Under the pieces are notes generated by a model. It was not told the DNA's origin and searched no databases. It worked only from the letters and a program-made list of their open reading frames with translations. Below are positions 1 to 10,220 of a stretch of 64,000 nt of DNA, one piece after another. Position numbers and translations under genes: made by a program. Source of the DNA: Alphaproteobacteria bacterium (GTDB lineage: Bacteria > Pseudomonadota > Alphaproteobacteria > GCA-2731375); NCBI GenBank assembly GCA_965232515.1, contig CBDDPY010000002.1, positions 6,272,001 to 6,336,000 of the forward strand, given 5' to 3'. Position 1 is the first letter of the stretch. Every line of letters starts with the position of its first letter.

Positions 1-675
1 ACGCGGCAGCCGAAGGTTCCCTACAAGGAGGCGATCCGCAAACCGATCAAGCAGCACGGCCGGTTCAAGCGGCAGTCCGGCGGCCATGGCCAGTTCGGCG
101 ACGTGCACCTCGAGATCAAGCCGCTGCCGCGCGGCACCGGCTTCCAGTTCGACGAGAAGATCGTCGGCGGCTCGGTGCCGAAGCAATTCATTCCGGGCGT
201 CGAGGCCGGCGTGAAGGAATATCTGAGCCAGGGTCCGTTGGGGTTCCCGGTGGTCGACGTCTCGGTGACGTTGTTCGACGGCCAGTACCACAGCGTGGAC
301 AGCTCGGAGATCGCCTTCCGCACGGCGGCGCGGATCGCCATGCAGGAAGGCATGCCGCAGTGCGGCCCCGTGCTGCTGGAACCGATCATGGCGGTGGAGA
401 TCGCCGTGCCGTCGGACTATACGCCGAAGGCCAATACCATCGTCAGCTCGCGGCGGGGCCAGATATTGGGCTTCGATGCCCGGCCCGGCTGGTCCGGCTG
501 GGACGTCGTGTCGGCGCACATGCCGCAATCGGAGTTGCATGACCTGATCGTCGAATTGCGGTCGGTGACGCAGGGCGTCGGCGGCTATACCGCGACGTTC
601 GATCATCTGCAGGAGCTGACGGGCCGTCTGGCCGATCAAGTGATCTCGGAACATCAGGCCGACGCGGCCGCCTAA
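1..675 (+). CDS. Elongation factor G-like protein (EF-G paralog), C-terminal domains IV-V, 5'-truncated by window
   Basis: Frame open from base 1: PKVPYKEAI, FKRQSGGHGQFGDV, DGQYHSVDSSEIAF, PVLLEPIM, ELRSVTQG. Not followed by tuf, so probably not the str-operon fusA. Confidence 0.9.
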   Translation, partial: TRQPKVPYKEAIRKPIKQHGRFKRQSGGHGQFGDVHLEIKPLPRGTGFQFDEKIVGGSVPKQFIPGVEAGVKEYLSQGPLGFPVVDVSVTLFDGQYHSVDSSEIAFRTAARIAMQEGMPQCGPVLLEPIMAVEIAVPSDYTPKANTIVSSRRGQILGFDARPGWSGWDVVSAHMPQSELHDLIVELRSVTQGVGGYTATFDHLQELTGRLADQVISEHQADAAA

Positions 676-693
676 CACTGGGGGAGTATTTGC

Positions 694-1494
694 ATGCTGG
701 ATACGGCGGCGGCCGCCCGCGCGGCCGCGATGCTGAATGACGTGCGGACGGGCGGCACGCTGATTGACGCGTTGCCCACGGAGTTGCGGCCGGCGGACGC
801 GGATGACGCCTACCGGATTCAGGAAGCCGGCGTCGCCGGCGTGCTCGACGCGGCCGGTGGCGGTGTGTCGGTGGGGCGCAAGGTCGGCGCCACCAATCCG
901 ACGGCGCAGGAGATGCTGGGCGTGTCGGAGCCGTTCCAGGCCCAGCTGCTGTCGCCGTTCGTGCTCGACAGCCCGGCGGAGATTCCGGGCGACGACATGT
1001 TCATGCGGGTGATGGAAGTCGAGTTCGCCTTCCGCATGGGTGGAGACACGACGACGGACAGCGCGCCCTACGATGCGGACAGCATTCGTCCATTGATTGC
1101 TGCCGTGGTGCCGGCCATCGAGATTGTCGATTCCCGGTTCACAGACTGGACGAGCGTCGGCGGCCTGAGCGTCATCGCCGATCAGGGCGGCGGCGGCCGT
1201 TGGGTCAAGGGCGCCGAGATCACCGACTTCGCGGCATTGGATTTCGCCGGCTATCCCGTCAGCATCAGCATCAATGGCGAGTTGCGGGAGAGCGGCTCAG
1301 GGGCGGCCGTGCTGGGCAGCCCGCTGAACTCGCTTGCCTGGCTGGCCAATCACCTGGCCGCGCGGGGCGAGACCCTGAAGGCCGGTGAATATGTCACCAC
1401 CGGGTCCTGCACCAAGCCGTTTCCGGCCGCGAAGGGCGAGACGGCGGTGGCCGATTTCGGCGATCTTGGTCAGGTCAGCGTCCGGTTCACATGA
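694..1494 (+). CDS. 2-keto-4-pentenoate hydratase / fumarylacetoacetate hydrolase family protein
   Basis: AYRIQ, GRKVGATN, EVEFAF, PAIEIVDSR, VLGSPLNSLAWLAN, GEYVTTGS motifs; GGGGAG SD upstream. Confidence 0.85.
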   Translation: MLDTAAAARAAAMLNDVRTGGTLIDALPTELRPADADDAYRIQEAGVAGVLDAAGGGVSVGRKVGATNPTAQEMLGVSEPFQAQLLSPFVLDSPAEIPGDDMFMRVMEVEFAFRMGGDTTTDSAPYDADSIRPLIAAVVPAIEIVDSRFTDWTSVGGLSVIADQGGGGRWVKGAEITDFAALDFAGYPVSISINGELRESGSGAAVLGSPLNSLAWLANHLAARGETLKAGEYVTTGSCTKPFPAAKGETAVADFGDLGQVSVRFT

Positions 1495-1519
1495 GGGATC
1501 GTCGGCCGGCCCAATTTAG

Positions 1520-1536
1520 TTTAGAATAATTCTAAA
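1520..1536. promoter_or_regulatory. Iron control element (Irr box) upstream of dps
   Basis: Perfect palindrome TTTAGAA-TAA-TTCTAAA, matching the alphaproteobacterial ICE consensus TTTAGAA-N3-TTCTAAA, about 100 nt upstream of dps. Confidence 0.8.
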
Positions 1537-1638
1537 AAATACTGGAAACTGCTATCGGAGCGCTTATATCTAATTCGTGATGGTTGCGGCACTGCCGTCG
1601 CCGAAAGTTAATCAGGCGAATGCGAGAGGGTTAGCAGG

Positions 1639-2106
1639 ATGGAAATCGATATCGGAATCGCCGAGGGTCAACGGAAGGACATCGCCGACGGTTTGTCGCG
1701 GCTGTTGGCGGACACCTACACGCTGTACCTGAAGACGCACAACTATCACTGGAACGTCACCGGTCCGATGTTCCAGACGCTGCACACCATGTTCGAGACG
1801 CAGTACAACGAGCTGGCGCTGGCTGTCGACGAGATCGCCGAGCGCATCCGCGCGCTGGGCATGCCGGCGCCGGGCAGCTACAAGGCCTATGCCGAGCTTT
1901 CCTCGATCGCCGAGGAGGACGGCGTGCCGGCCGCGACCGACATGATCGCCAACCTGGTGAAGGGTCATGAGGCCGTCGCCCGAACCGCGCGCTCGGTGTT
2001 CCCGGCGGCGGATGAGGCGAACGACGAGCCGACGGCCGATCTGCTGACCCAGCGCATGCAGGTCAGCGAGAAGGCGGCCTGGATGCTCCGCAGCCTGCTC
2101 GACTGA
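1639..2106 (+). CDS. dps: DNA starvation/stationary phase protection protein Dps
   Basis: [21 protein letters not shown] and [12 protein letters not shown] ferroxidase signatures, C-terminal EKAAWML; 155 aa. Confidence 0.95.
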   Translation: MEIDIGIAEGQRKDIADGLSRLLADTYTLYLKTHNYHWNVTGPMFQTLHTMFETQYNELALAVDEIAERIRALGMPAPGSYKAYAELSSIAEEDGVPAATDMIANLVKGHEAVARTARSVFPAADEANDEPTADLLTQRMQVSEKAAWMLRSLLD

Positions 2107-2135
2107 GCGACCAACAAATAGACCTGGGATGGATG

Positions 2136-2168
2136 CGGCCCGGCGCGATGGAGCGCCGGGCCGTTCCG
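2136..2168. terminator. GC-rich hairpin between convergent dps and ribH
   Basis: CGGCCCGGCGC-GATGGA-GCGCCGGGCCG 11-bp stem; only a weak U tail. Confidence 0.5.
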
Positions 2169-2678
<510 letters not shown>

Positions 2679-2732
2679 TCAGGGCGTACGAAACAGCGAG
2701 GCGGCCGCGCGCAGGCGGCCGAAATCGCTCCT

Positions 2733-2894
2733 CCGTTCTCTTCCATCCGGACTATCACCGTCGGCCTCGGAATCGCACCGAGTCTGCTGACCCTTCCAGA
2801 CGGGCAATTGAACTGGCCGCTGAAAGGCGCTCGCGGGCTTGAGCGCTGGGCGCTCACACCGCCGGTGGGGACTTCCACCCCGCCCCGAGAACGT
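2733..2894 (-). promoter_or_regulatory. FMN riboswitch (RFN element)
   Basis: Minus strand: TTCTCGGGGCGGGGTGGAAGTCCCCACCGGCGGT...AGCCCGCGAGC...GTCAGCAGACTCGGTGCGATTCCGAGGCCGACGGTGATAGTCCGGATGGAAGAGAA, the conserved RFN blocks, upstream of ribH. Confidence 0.95.
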
Positions 2895-3058
2895 GCCGCG
2901 CGGATCGGCGCGACCGGGGAACTGTAGCGGCGGTTGTCGGGATTGTCGACAGCCCAGTAAACAAACGGCCGTTCTTAAAGATACTCCCGCTGGGCACGAA
3001 GCGACGTCCCGCGGTTGCCAGCGCTATTCACGTCGAGCGACCGATCGGTCGGGTCGAT

Positions 3059-3526
3059 CTATTCGCAGCGATAACCGGTCGGCGTCGCGCCGCAGGAGAT
3101 CTCGATGTCCTTGGGCAGGTCTATGGCGTTCAGGCCGCTCTTGGTAAGCAGCAGCCGACCGTTGTCGCCGAACGCACCCGCGGCCGCCATGCGCCGCTCG
3201 CCGCCGCGCTTTTGAATCAATTCGTAAAGCCGCATTTTGATTGCTAAATCGGCAAGACGGGCATTCACGTCGCTCACCTCGCCTTCATTGCGCCGCTGCC
3301 AGACGGCCTCCAGATAGGCGAACGTGAGTTCGATCAGGTCGCCGTGGACGTCGACGCGACTCAGGTCATGCACTTCGGCAGCCTGACGGCGACAGCGAAA
3401 ATCGGCCGCCTTGTCGACTACATTGTCGGACCTGCAATCGGCAACGATGCGCTCCAGCAGTGGCTTCTCCGGGCCGGCGCAGGCGGCCAGGGAGCAGACC
3501 AGCGAGATGAGCAGCAGACAGCGCAT
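3059..3526 (-). CDS. Hypothetical lipoprotein
   Basis: Hydrophobic N-terminus ending in lipobox LAAC; fills the intergenic gap; no family recognised. Confidence 0.55.
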   Translation of the reverse strand: MRCLLLISLVCSLAACAGPEKPLLERIVADCRSDNVVDKAADFRCRRQAAEVHDLSRVDVHGDLIELTFAYLEAVWQRRNEGEVSDVNARLADLAIKMRLYELIQKRGGERRMAAAGAFGDNGRLLLTKSGLNAIDLPKDIEISCGATPTGYRCE

Positions 3527-3676
3527 AACATTCTGATTTTACTGGAGAAACATTGGCATCGCTAGGGCGACGTTCAGATCCGGCCGCGACGATCGACGCC
3601 GGCCGGTCGCGGCTTGTTTGCGTGTGCGTTGCCGATGGCTTTGCGCCGGCGGCCGTTTTGATCGATCTTCAGCACC

Positions 3677-5005
3677 ATGACCAATGACGACAGCCGACGC
3701 ATGGCACGGCTGACCCGGGCGGAACAGGACGGGCTCCGGCTCGCCATTCTGTGCCGGACGCTGGCGCTCGCCGTCATGCTGGCCTGGTTCGTGTTCGCGA
3801 CGCTCGCGGTCGGCAATACGCCCCGGCCCTGGGGCATGATGGCGCTCGGCCTCTTCGTCGCCATTGGCGCGGCTTACTATTTCATCATCGGCACGCATCT
3901 CGACCGTCCCTGGGTCAAGTATCTGATCTACGCCGTCGATATGTTGGGTTTGTGCGCGCTGTTCGTGCTGATCCCCGTGAGCCGCGCCGGCGAAGTGCCG
4001 CAGATCATCGCCTTCCGGGCTTACGGCATCTACTACCTGTTGCCGCCGATCGCGCTCGCCTGCCTGTCGTTGTCCTGGGGGCTTGTCGCCTGGACCGGCA
4101 TCATCGCCTGCATCGGCTGGTGGGCCGCGTTCGCGATCGTGGTTGCGGGCATGGACCGCACCCTGTCCTGGGGTGACGTGCCGCAGAACGCGACGCGCGC
4201 CGACTACGAGACCGTGTTCCTGTCCATCGACTTCGTTGGCGTCGGCAATCGTGTTGAGGAAACGGGCTTCCTGCTGATCGCGGCGCTCGTGCTGTCGCTC
4301 GCGGTCTACCGCGCCCGGCGGGTCTTTCTGGCCCAGGTCGCCGCCGAAGCCGAGCGCGAGCGCGAGCGGGAAGGCCGGGAGCGGACGACCCGGATCCTGG
4401 GGCGCTACGTGCCCGAAACGATCGCGCAGCGGCTGGTGGCAAACGAGGCCGGGCTGGAGCCGCAGGTGCGGCAGGGCGCGGCGCTCGTACTCGATATCGA
4501 GGGCTTCTCCGGCTATGCGGCCGGGCGCGATCCCAAGACCGTGATCGAGACCCTGAACCGCTTTCTGGCCGATTGCGCCGACGCGGTCAGCCGCTGCGAC
4601 GGCGTCGTCATCACCTATCTCGGCGACGGTCTGCTGGCGACATTCAACACGCCAATCGATGTCGAACGTCCGGGCCACCGCGCGCTTGAGGCCGCCCGCG
4701 ATCTTCTGGCGTTATCGCGCGAACGGCGTTACGACGGAGAGCATTTTCGTATCCGTATCGGCATCGCCTCGGGCGCTATTGCTTCTGGCAGTGTCGGCTC
4801 GTCTGCGCGCCAGGCCTTCACGGTCTATGGCGACACGGTCAACCGCGCCGCGCGCCTGGAGCAACTCAACAAGACCACCGGCACGCAGCTGCTAGTCGAC
4901 CCCGAAACCGCGAATGCGCTGGGTACCGACGTGCCATTGCAAAGCCAGGGCCGGCACACGCTACGCGGCCAGGACGCGCCCGTGGAGGTCTGGTCCTCGT
5001 CTTGA
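3677..5005 (+). CDS. Membrane-anchored class III adenylate/guanylate cyclase
   Basis: Multi-TM N-terminus; LVLDIEGFS, YLGDGLLATF, IRIGIASG, FTVYGDTVNRAARLE catalytic motifs. Confidence 0.88.
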   Translation: MTNDDSRRMARLTRAEQDGLRLAILCRTLALAVMLAWFVFATLAVGNTPRPWGMMALGLFVAIGAAYYFIIGTHLDRPWVKYLIYAVDMLGLCALFVLIPVSRAGEVPQIIAFRAYGIYYLLPPIALACLSLSWGLVAWTGIIACIGWWAAFAIVVAGMDRTLSWGDVPQNATRADYETVFLSIDFVGVGNRVEETGFLLIAALVLSLAVYRARRVFLAQVAAEAEREREREGRERTTRILGRYVPETIAQRLVANEAGLEPQVRQGAALVLDIEGFSGYAAGRDPKTVIETLNRFLADCADAVSRCDGVVITYLGDGLLATFNTPIDVERPGHRALEAARDLLALSRERRYDGEHFRIRIGIASGAIASGSVGSSARQAFTVYGDTVNRAARLEQLNKTTGTQLLVDPETANALGTDVPLQSQGRHTLRGQDAPVEVWSSS

Positions 5006-5088
5006 GCGATGGTCGCGAAATTGCGCAAGATTCGTCAAATCGACCTGTGGTTAGGTGCCGATGAGTGGACGGGACGACGCGGACGGAA

Positions 5089-5955
5089 ATGGACATGAGC
5101 AACGCGCCCAACTTGGTTAACTATGAAGACCGCCTGAACCGGGTGACGGCTTACATCTACGATCACCTGGACGACGAGATCGATCTGAACAGGCTGGCCG
5201 ACGTTGCCTGCCTGTCGCCCTATCACTGGCACCGGGTCTATCGGGCCGTCACCGGCGAGACGATCGCCGCGACCGTGAAGCGCCTGCGTCTGCATCGGGC
5301 GGCTGGCTATCTCGCGCATACCAGCATGCCGGTCGCCGAGATTGCCGTGCGGTCGGGCTATACGAATCTGCAGTCCTTCACGCGCATTTTCAGCGCCGCC
5401 TACGGCATGCCGCCGGGCGAGTACCGGAAGAACGGCAGTCACATGCGCTTCCAGTCGCCGAATGAAACGCACAGGCCGGATCTGCATGAGGTCGAGATCA
5501 GGGAACTGCCGGATATGACGGCGGGCATGGTGGAGCACGTTGGTTCCTACATGAACATCGGCAAGGCCTTCGAGACAGCCTTTGGCTGGCTTGGGGCGCG
5601 GGGCCTGATCCGGCCCGGGCTGCGGTCGGTGGCGGTCTACTACGACGATCCCGACGCCGTTGCCGAGGAAGCGCTCTGTTCGGCGGCCGGCGTACTGATC
5701 GACGAGGATGTCGCGATCGAAGCGCCGTTGACCCGCAAGCGTGTCGCCGGCGGTCCCTATGCGGTCCTGCGCTACAAGGGGCCGTACGCGGACATGAAGG
5801 GCGCCTATCAGTGGCTCTACGGCGAGTGGCTGGTGAAATCGGGGCGTGAAGCCGCGAATGTGCCGGTGTTCGAGGAATATCTGAACAATCCGCGCGATAC
5901 GGCCCCGGCCGATCTGCTGACCGATATCTGTCTGCCGCTGGCGCGGCAAGCTTAG
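5089..5955 (+). CDS. AraC family transcriptional regulator with GyrI-like effector domain
   Basis: N-terminal AraC HTH (LADVACLSPYHWHRVY; SGYTNLQSFTRIF), C-terminal GyrI-like (HVGSYMNI, YKGPY, FEEYLNNP); start could be 5065, 5089 or 5095. Confidence 0.9.
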   Translation: MDMSNAPNLVNYEDRLNRVTAYIYDHLDDEIDLNRLADVACLSPYHWHRVYRAVTGETIAATVKRLRLHRAAGYLAHTSMPVAEIAVRSGYTNLQSFTRIFSAAYGMPPGEYRKNGSHMRFQSPNETHRPDLHEVEIRELPDMTAGMVEHVGSYMNIGKAFETAFGWLGARGLIRPGLRSVAVYYDDPDAVAEEALCSAAGVLIDEDVAIEAPLTRKRVAGGPYAVLRYKGPYADMKGAYQWLYGEWLVKSGREAANVPVFEEYLNNPRDTAPADLLTDICLPLARQA

Positions 5956-5970
5956 ACGCGGGAGAGCGCT

Positions 5971-6393
5971 ATGGCCCGAAAGAAAACCTGGACCGAAAAG
6001 CTGAACAACAAAACACCGCACAAGGTGAAGCCAGTCCCGAAAGACATGGCCGGCATGAAGGCGGGCGAGATCATGCTGGTGCCGTCCGCGCGCATTGTCG
6101 ACGATTTCATCCGATCGATCCCGGACCGCATCGAGATGGATGTGAAGACCCTACGCAAGAAGCTCGCCGAGCAATATGGCGCCGAGGTCACCTGCCCGAT
6201 TACGGCCGGTATTCACGTGCGCATCGTGGCCGAGGCGGCCTGCGAAGCGCTCGCGGCCGGCGCTTCGCTCGCCGAGATAACGCCGTTCTGGCGGGTGCTG
6301 GACGTCGACACGCCGATCGCGAAGAAGCTGTCCTGCGGCGTCGGTTTCGTGGCCGACCGGCGCGCCAGCGAGGGGTTGCCGACGCGCCAGTAA
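5971..6393 (+). CDS. Hypothetical protein, MGMT/alkyltransferase-like
   Basis: GGGAGAG SD; TCPITAG and ITPFWRVL resembling the PCHRV/PWHRV motif. Confidence 0.6.
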   Translation: MARKKTWTEKLNNKTPHKVKPVPKDMAGMKAGEIMLVPSARIVDDFIRSIPDRIEMDVKTLRKKLAEQYGAEVTCPITAGIHVRIVAEAACEALAAGASLAEITPFWRVLDVDTPIAKKLSCGVGFVADRRASEGLPTRQ

Positions 6394-6400
6394 TCTGCCG

Positions 6401-7951
6401 CTAAAGCTTTGCCTTCTCTACCCGCAATCCCTTGAAGACGCTGAAGCACATCAGCAGCAGCACGAGCGCGAACGGAAAGCCTGTGGCGATGGCGGCTGCC
6501 TGCAACGAGCCCAGTCCGCCGCCCAGCAACAGCGCGATGGCGACCAGGCCCTCGAAGATGCACCAGAAGATGCGCTGCGCCACCGGCGCGTCGATCTTGC
6601 CGCCGGCGGTGATGGTGTCGATCACCAGCGAGCCGGAGTCGGACGAGGTGACGAAGAAAACGATCACCAGCGTGATGCCGATAAACGACAGCACGCCCGA
6701 CATCGGCAGCGGTTCCAGCATCTTGAACAGCGAGAGTTCGGGCGCCCAGGTCTCGATGGTCTGCGTGACGCCGGTATAGCCGTCGTTGACGAATTGGCTG
6801 ATGGCCGAACCGCCGAAGGCGTTCATCCACAGGATCGAAACGACGGTCGGGATAATCAGCACGCAGAAGATAAACTCGCGCACGCTGCGCCCCTTCGACA
6901 CCCGCGCGATGAACATGCCGACGAACGGCGACCAGGAAATCCACCAGGCCCAGTAGAACGTGGTCCAGCCGTGCATGAAGTCGGTGTCCTCGCGGCCGAT
7001 CCAGTTGCTGAGCGGCACCAGGTTCACCGCGTAGGCGACGGCGCCCGTGAAGAAGCCCTGCACGATATCGAGCGTCGGTCCAACGGCGATCACGAAAACC
7101 AGCAGCAGGAAGGCCAACACCATGTTGATCTCGCTGAGCCGTTTCACGCCAGCGTCGAGGCCGGCGAGCACGGAGACCAGCGCCACGGCCGTAATGCCGA
7201 GGATCAGGAGAACCTTGGTGACATCGGTGACGGGAATGCCGAACAGATAGTCCAGGCCGGCGCTGGCCTGCTCGGCACCGAAGCCAAGCGACGTGGCAAG
7301 GCCGAACAGCGTCGCGAACACGGCCAGCGTGTCAATGACATGGCCGAACCAACCCCAGACCGCGTTACCGAACACCGGATAGAACGCGGACCGGATACTC
7401 AGCGGCAGGCCGTAGTTGTAGCAGACGAGCGCCAGCGCCAGGGCGACGACGGCATAGATCGCCCAGGGATGCAGGCCCCAGTGGAAGATCGTCGCCGCCA
7501 TGCCGAGCGAGCGGGCGGCGGCCGGATCGTCGCCGCTCATGCCGAGCGGCGGGTTCTGGAAGTGGAAGACCGGTTCCAGGACGCCGAAGAACATCAAGCC
7601 GATCCCCATGCCGGCGGCGAACAGCATGGCGAACCAGCCGGGATAGGAATAGTCAGGCTTGGCGTCGGGACCGCCGATCCGGACCTTGCCGAGCGGCGAG
7701 ACGATCAGGACCAGGCAGAACAGCACGAAGATGTTGCCGGCGATCATGAACACCCAGTCGAACGTCGACGTCAACCAGGGCCGCAGCGCGCCGAAGAACG
7801 CCGCCGATCCCTCCTGGAACATCAGAACGAAGATCACGAAGGCGACAATGATCACGCCCGAAATCAGAAAGACGGGGTTGTGGATGTCGAGGCCCAGTAT
7901 CCGGATATTGTCCTGACCGACCTCATAGTCGGTGGCGTCGATGCTGCTCAT
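6401..7951 (-). CDS. BCCT family (betaine/carnitine/choline) transporter
   Basis: WFAMLFAAGMGIGLMF, FHWGLHPWAIY, WTTFYWAWWISWSPFVGMFIARVS, FFVTSSDSGS; start set at ATG 7951 after GGAGG. Confidence 0.95.
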   Translation of the reverse strand: MSSIDATDYEVGQDNIRILGLDIHNPVFLISGVIIVAFVIFVLMFQEGSAAFFGALRPWLTSTFDWVFMIAGNIFVLFCLVLIVSPLGKVRIGGPDAKPDYSYPGWFAMLFAAGMGIGLMFFGVLEPVFHFQNPPLGMSGDDPAAARSLGMAATIFHWGLHPWAIYAVVALALALVCYNYGLPLSIRSAFYPVFGNAVWGWFGHVIDTLAVFATLFGLATSLGFGAEQASAGLDYLFGIPVTDVTKVLLILGITAVALVSVLAGLDAGVKRLSEINMVLAFLLLVFVIAVGPTLDIVQGFFTGAVAYAVNLVPLSNWIGREDTDFMHGWTTFYWAWWISWSPFVGMFIARVSKGRSVREFIFCVLIIPTVVSILWMNAFGGSAISQFVNDGYTGVTQTIETWAPELSLFKMLEPLPMSGVLSFIGITLVIVFFVTSSDSGSLVIDTITAGGKIDAPVAQRIFWCIFEGLVAIALLLGGGLGSLQAAAIATGFPFALVLLLMCFSVFKGLRVEKAKL

Positions 7952-8218
7952 GCTTCCGTCCCTCCGCAGGTGTGGGGGCGGCGAGCAAGATTCGCTCTTA
8001 TGCGAACGGCCGCCTCCAACTTCTTTGTTATTTTCGACCAGAGACGCCTGTGCGCTCCGACGCGGTCGTCGAATTGGTACTGCGTGACAGTGAACGATGT
8101 TATGTCGCGCGCGCTGACGCAAGTCGTTCAAAAAACGACGAAGATTGTCTATTCGCGAAGTCGAACCGAACCTGTGACCGTTGCGTGATCGCTGCACGCG
8201 AGACGACGGCCTCTTCGT

Positions 8219-9034
8219 TTACGCGAGAGGCGTTTCGCTGCTGATGTTGGAAAGATCGCCAAGTTGGCGTTCGTCGAGGTTGTAGAGCACATCGATCAGG
8301 CGTACCCGCAGGCTGCCCGGTCCCGCCGCCTCGGTTGCCGCCAATTGTCCGGCAACGCCCATGATGGCGAGACCGTCGACGGTAGCCGCCAGGGGAGCCG
8401 CGTTTACGGCGCAACAAGCGCCGATCAGGCAGGTGAGCGCGCAACCGAGCGCCGTGACCTTGGTCATCATGGGATCGCCGCCGCCGACGGCGATCACGTC
8501 GCGTCCGTCGGTCACATAGTCGATAGCGCCGGTCACCGCGACCACGGCGCCCGTGCTGGCGGCAAGCGCGCGTGCCGCGTCGACGGCTTCCTTCGAGGCG
8601 TGCGCGGAATCGACGCCCGAGGCCCGGGCAACCGCGTCGTCGCTCAATGTCATGATCTCGGAGCCGTTGCCGCGGATGACCGTCGGCCGCAGCGCGCAGA
8701 GCCGGCCGGCAAGCTCGCGCCGAAAACGGGTGCCGCCGACGCCGACCGGATCGAGCACCCAGGGTTTGCCGTTGTTCACCGCCGCAGTCGCCGCGGCCTG
8801 CATGGCCTCGGCCCGGTCCGCCGACAACGTGCCGATATTGACGGTGAGCGCGTCGGCCTTGGCGACGAACTCCTCGACTTCCTCGATGGCCTGCACCATG
8901 GCCGGCGAGGCGCCGACCGCCAGCATGACGTTGGCCGCCAGGTCCATGGCGACGAAGTTGGTGATGTTGTGGACCAGCGGCGTTCGCTGGCGGATTGCCT
9001 GTAGTGTCTGCCAGGGACTTGCGTCTGATGTCAC
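8219..9034 (-). CDS. thiM: Hydroxyethylthiazole kinase
   Basis: PLVHNITNFV, VGASPAM, VNIGTL, PWVLDPVGVG, VIRGNGSEI, VTALGCAL, GPGS motifs; GTG start; downstream of TPP riboswitch. Confidence 0.95.
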   Translation of the reverse strand: MTSDASPWQTLQAIRQRTPLVHNITNFVAMDLAANVMLAVGASPAMVQAIEEVEEFVAKADALTVNIGTLSADRAEAMQAAATAAVNNGKPWVLDPVGVGGTRFRRELAGRLCALRPTVIRGNGSEIMTLSDDAVARASGVDSAHASKEAVDAARALAASTGAVVAVTGAIDYVTDGRDVIAVGGGDPMMTKVTALGCALTCLIGACCAVNAAPLAATVDGLAIMGVAGQLAATEAAGPGSLRVRLIDVLYNLDERQLGDLSNISSETPLA

Positions 9035-9050
9035 GGCTTTCGCCCCCGGT

Positions 9051-10163
9051 TCACCCGGCGGATCGCAATTGGGCATCCAGCACGGCATGCCGCGCGACCC
9101 GACCCCAGGCGACCGAGCGACGGCGCGCTGACATGTAGGATTCGTAGATCTGCCGCGTCGCTGCGTCACCGGCGGCGGCCTCGGCCAAGACCTCATCGGC
9201 GGCGGCGCGGGCGGCGGCCAGAACGTCGTTCCCGAAGCGCACCAGTGTGATGCCGTATTTCTCTTCGATGCCGTCCAGCGCCAGAGCATTCATCCAATCG
9301 GCCTCGGCCATGCCGCGGGCGTTCTCGGCTTCGCAGACGGCGCTGACAATTTCACGCAGGTCGGCGGGCAGCGCCTCGTAGGCCGCGCGATTGACCAGGC
9401 ATTCGGCCGAGCCGTTCGGCTCGTGAAAGCCCGGCCAGTGATAGAACTTGGCGGCCTTGGCGAGGCCCAATCCGATATCGCTCCAGGGGCCGAGGAATTC
9501 GGCGCCGTCGATCACGCCGGTTTGCAGCGCCGGCAGAATCTCGCCCGGCGGCAGGCTGACCGCCGTGGCGCCGAGCCGGCGCATGACCTCGCCGCCGAGA
9601 CCGGGCATGCGGTACTTCAGGCCCTTGAGGTCGTCGAGGCTGCGGATCGCCCTGATGCACCAGCCGCCCATCTGCATGCCGGAATTGCCAGCCAGAAACG
9701 GTTTCACGCCAAACGGCGCGTAAAGCGCGTCCCAGAGTTCCTGGCCGCCGCCCTGATAGATCCAGGCATTGTGTCCGTCCGGCGTCAGACCGAACGGCAC
9801 CGCGGTGAAGAACGGGCTTGCCTTGACCTTGCCGGCCCAGAAGAACGAGGCGCTGTGGCCCATCTGGGCGACGCCGCGGCGGACCGCGTCGAACACTTCG
9901 AAGGCGGGCACCAGCTCGCCGGCGGCATAGAGCTTGACCGTCAGCCGGCCGCCGCTCATCAGCGTAATGCGCTCGGCGATGCGGCGCGCCGTGGTGCCGG
10001 GACCCGGCGCGTTCTTCGGCCAGGACGTCACCAGGTTCCAGGCGTAGCGGTCCTGGGCGACGGCCGGCGTGGCGGCAATGGCCGCGGCGCCGGCCGCGCC
10101 TGCGCCGAGCAGTGCGCGGCGATCTATCGGGGGGAATGACGGCGGAAGGCGTCGGCGCGACAT
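9051..10163 (-). CDS. TRAP transporter substrate-binding protein (DctP/TakP-like) with Tat signal
   Basis: DRRALLG Tat signal, WNLVTSWP, MSGGRL, AGELVPAFEVFDAV, GNSGMQMGGW, GLKYRMPG, PGFHEP. Confidence 0.92.
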   Translation of the reverse strand: MSRRRLPPSFPPIDRRALLGAGAAGAAAIAATPAVAQDRYAWNLVTSWPKNAPGPGTTARRIAERITLMSGGRLTVKLYAAGELVPAFEVFDAVRRGVAQMGHSASFFWAGKVKASPFFTAVPFGLTPDGHNAWIYQGGGQELWDALYAPFGVKPFLAGNSGMQMGGWCIRAIRSLDDLKGLKYRMPGLGGEVMRRLGATAVSLPPGEILPALQTGVIDGAEFLGPWSDIGLGLAKAAKFYHWPGFHEPNGSAECLVNRAAYEALPADLREIVSAVCEAENARGMAEADWMNALALDGIEEKYGITLVRFGNDVLAAARAAADEVLAEAAAGDAATRQIYESYMSARRRSVAWGRVARHAVLDAQLRSAG

Positions 10164-10220
10164 GGTTAAGGTCTCCCTAATGGGGGAGCCGGCCATCGCA
10201 GAAGCTTTTCGGTCTTTTGC

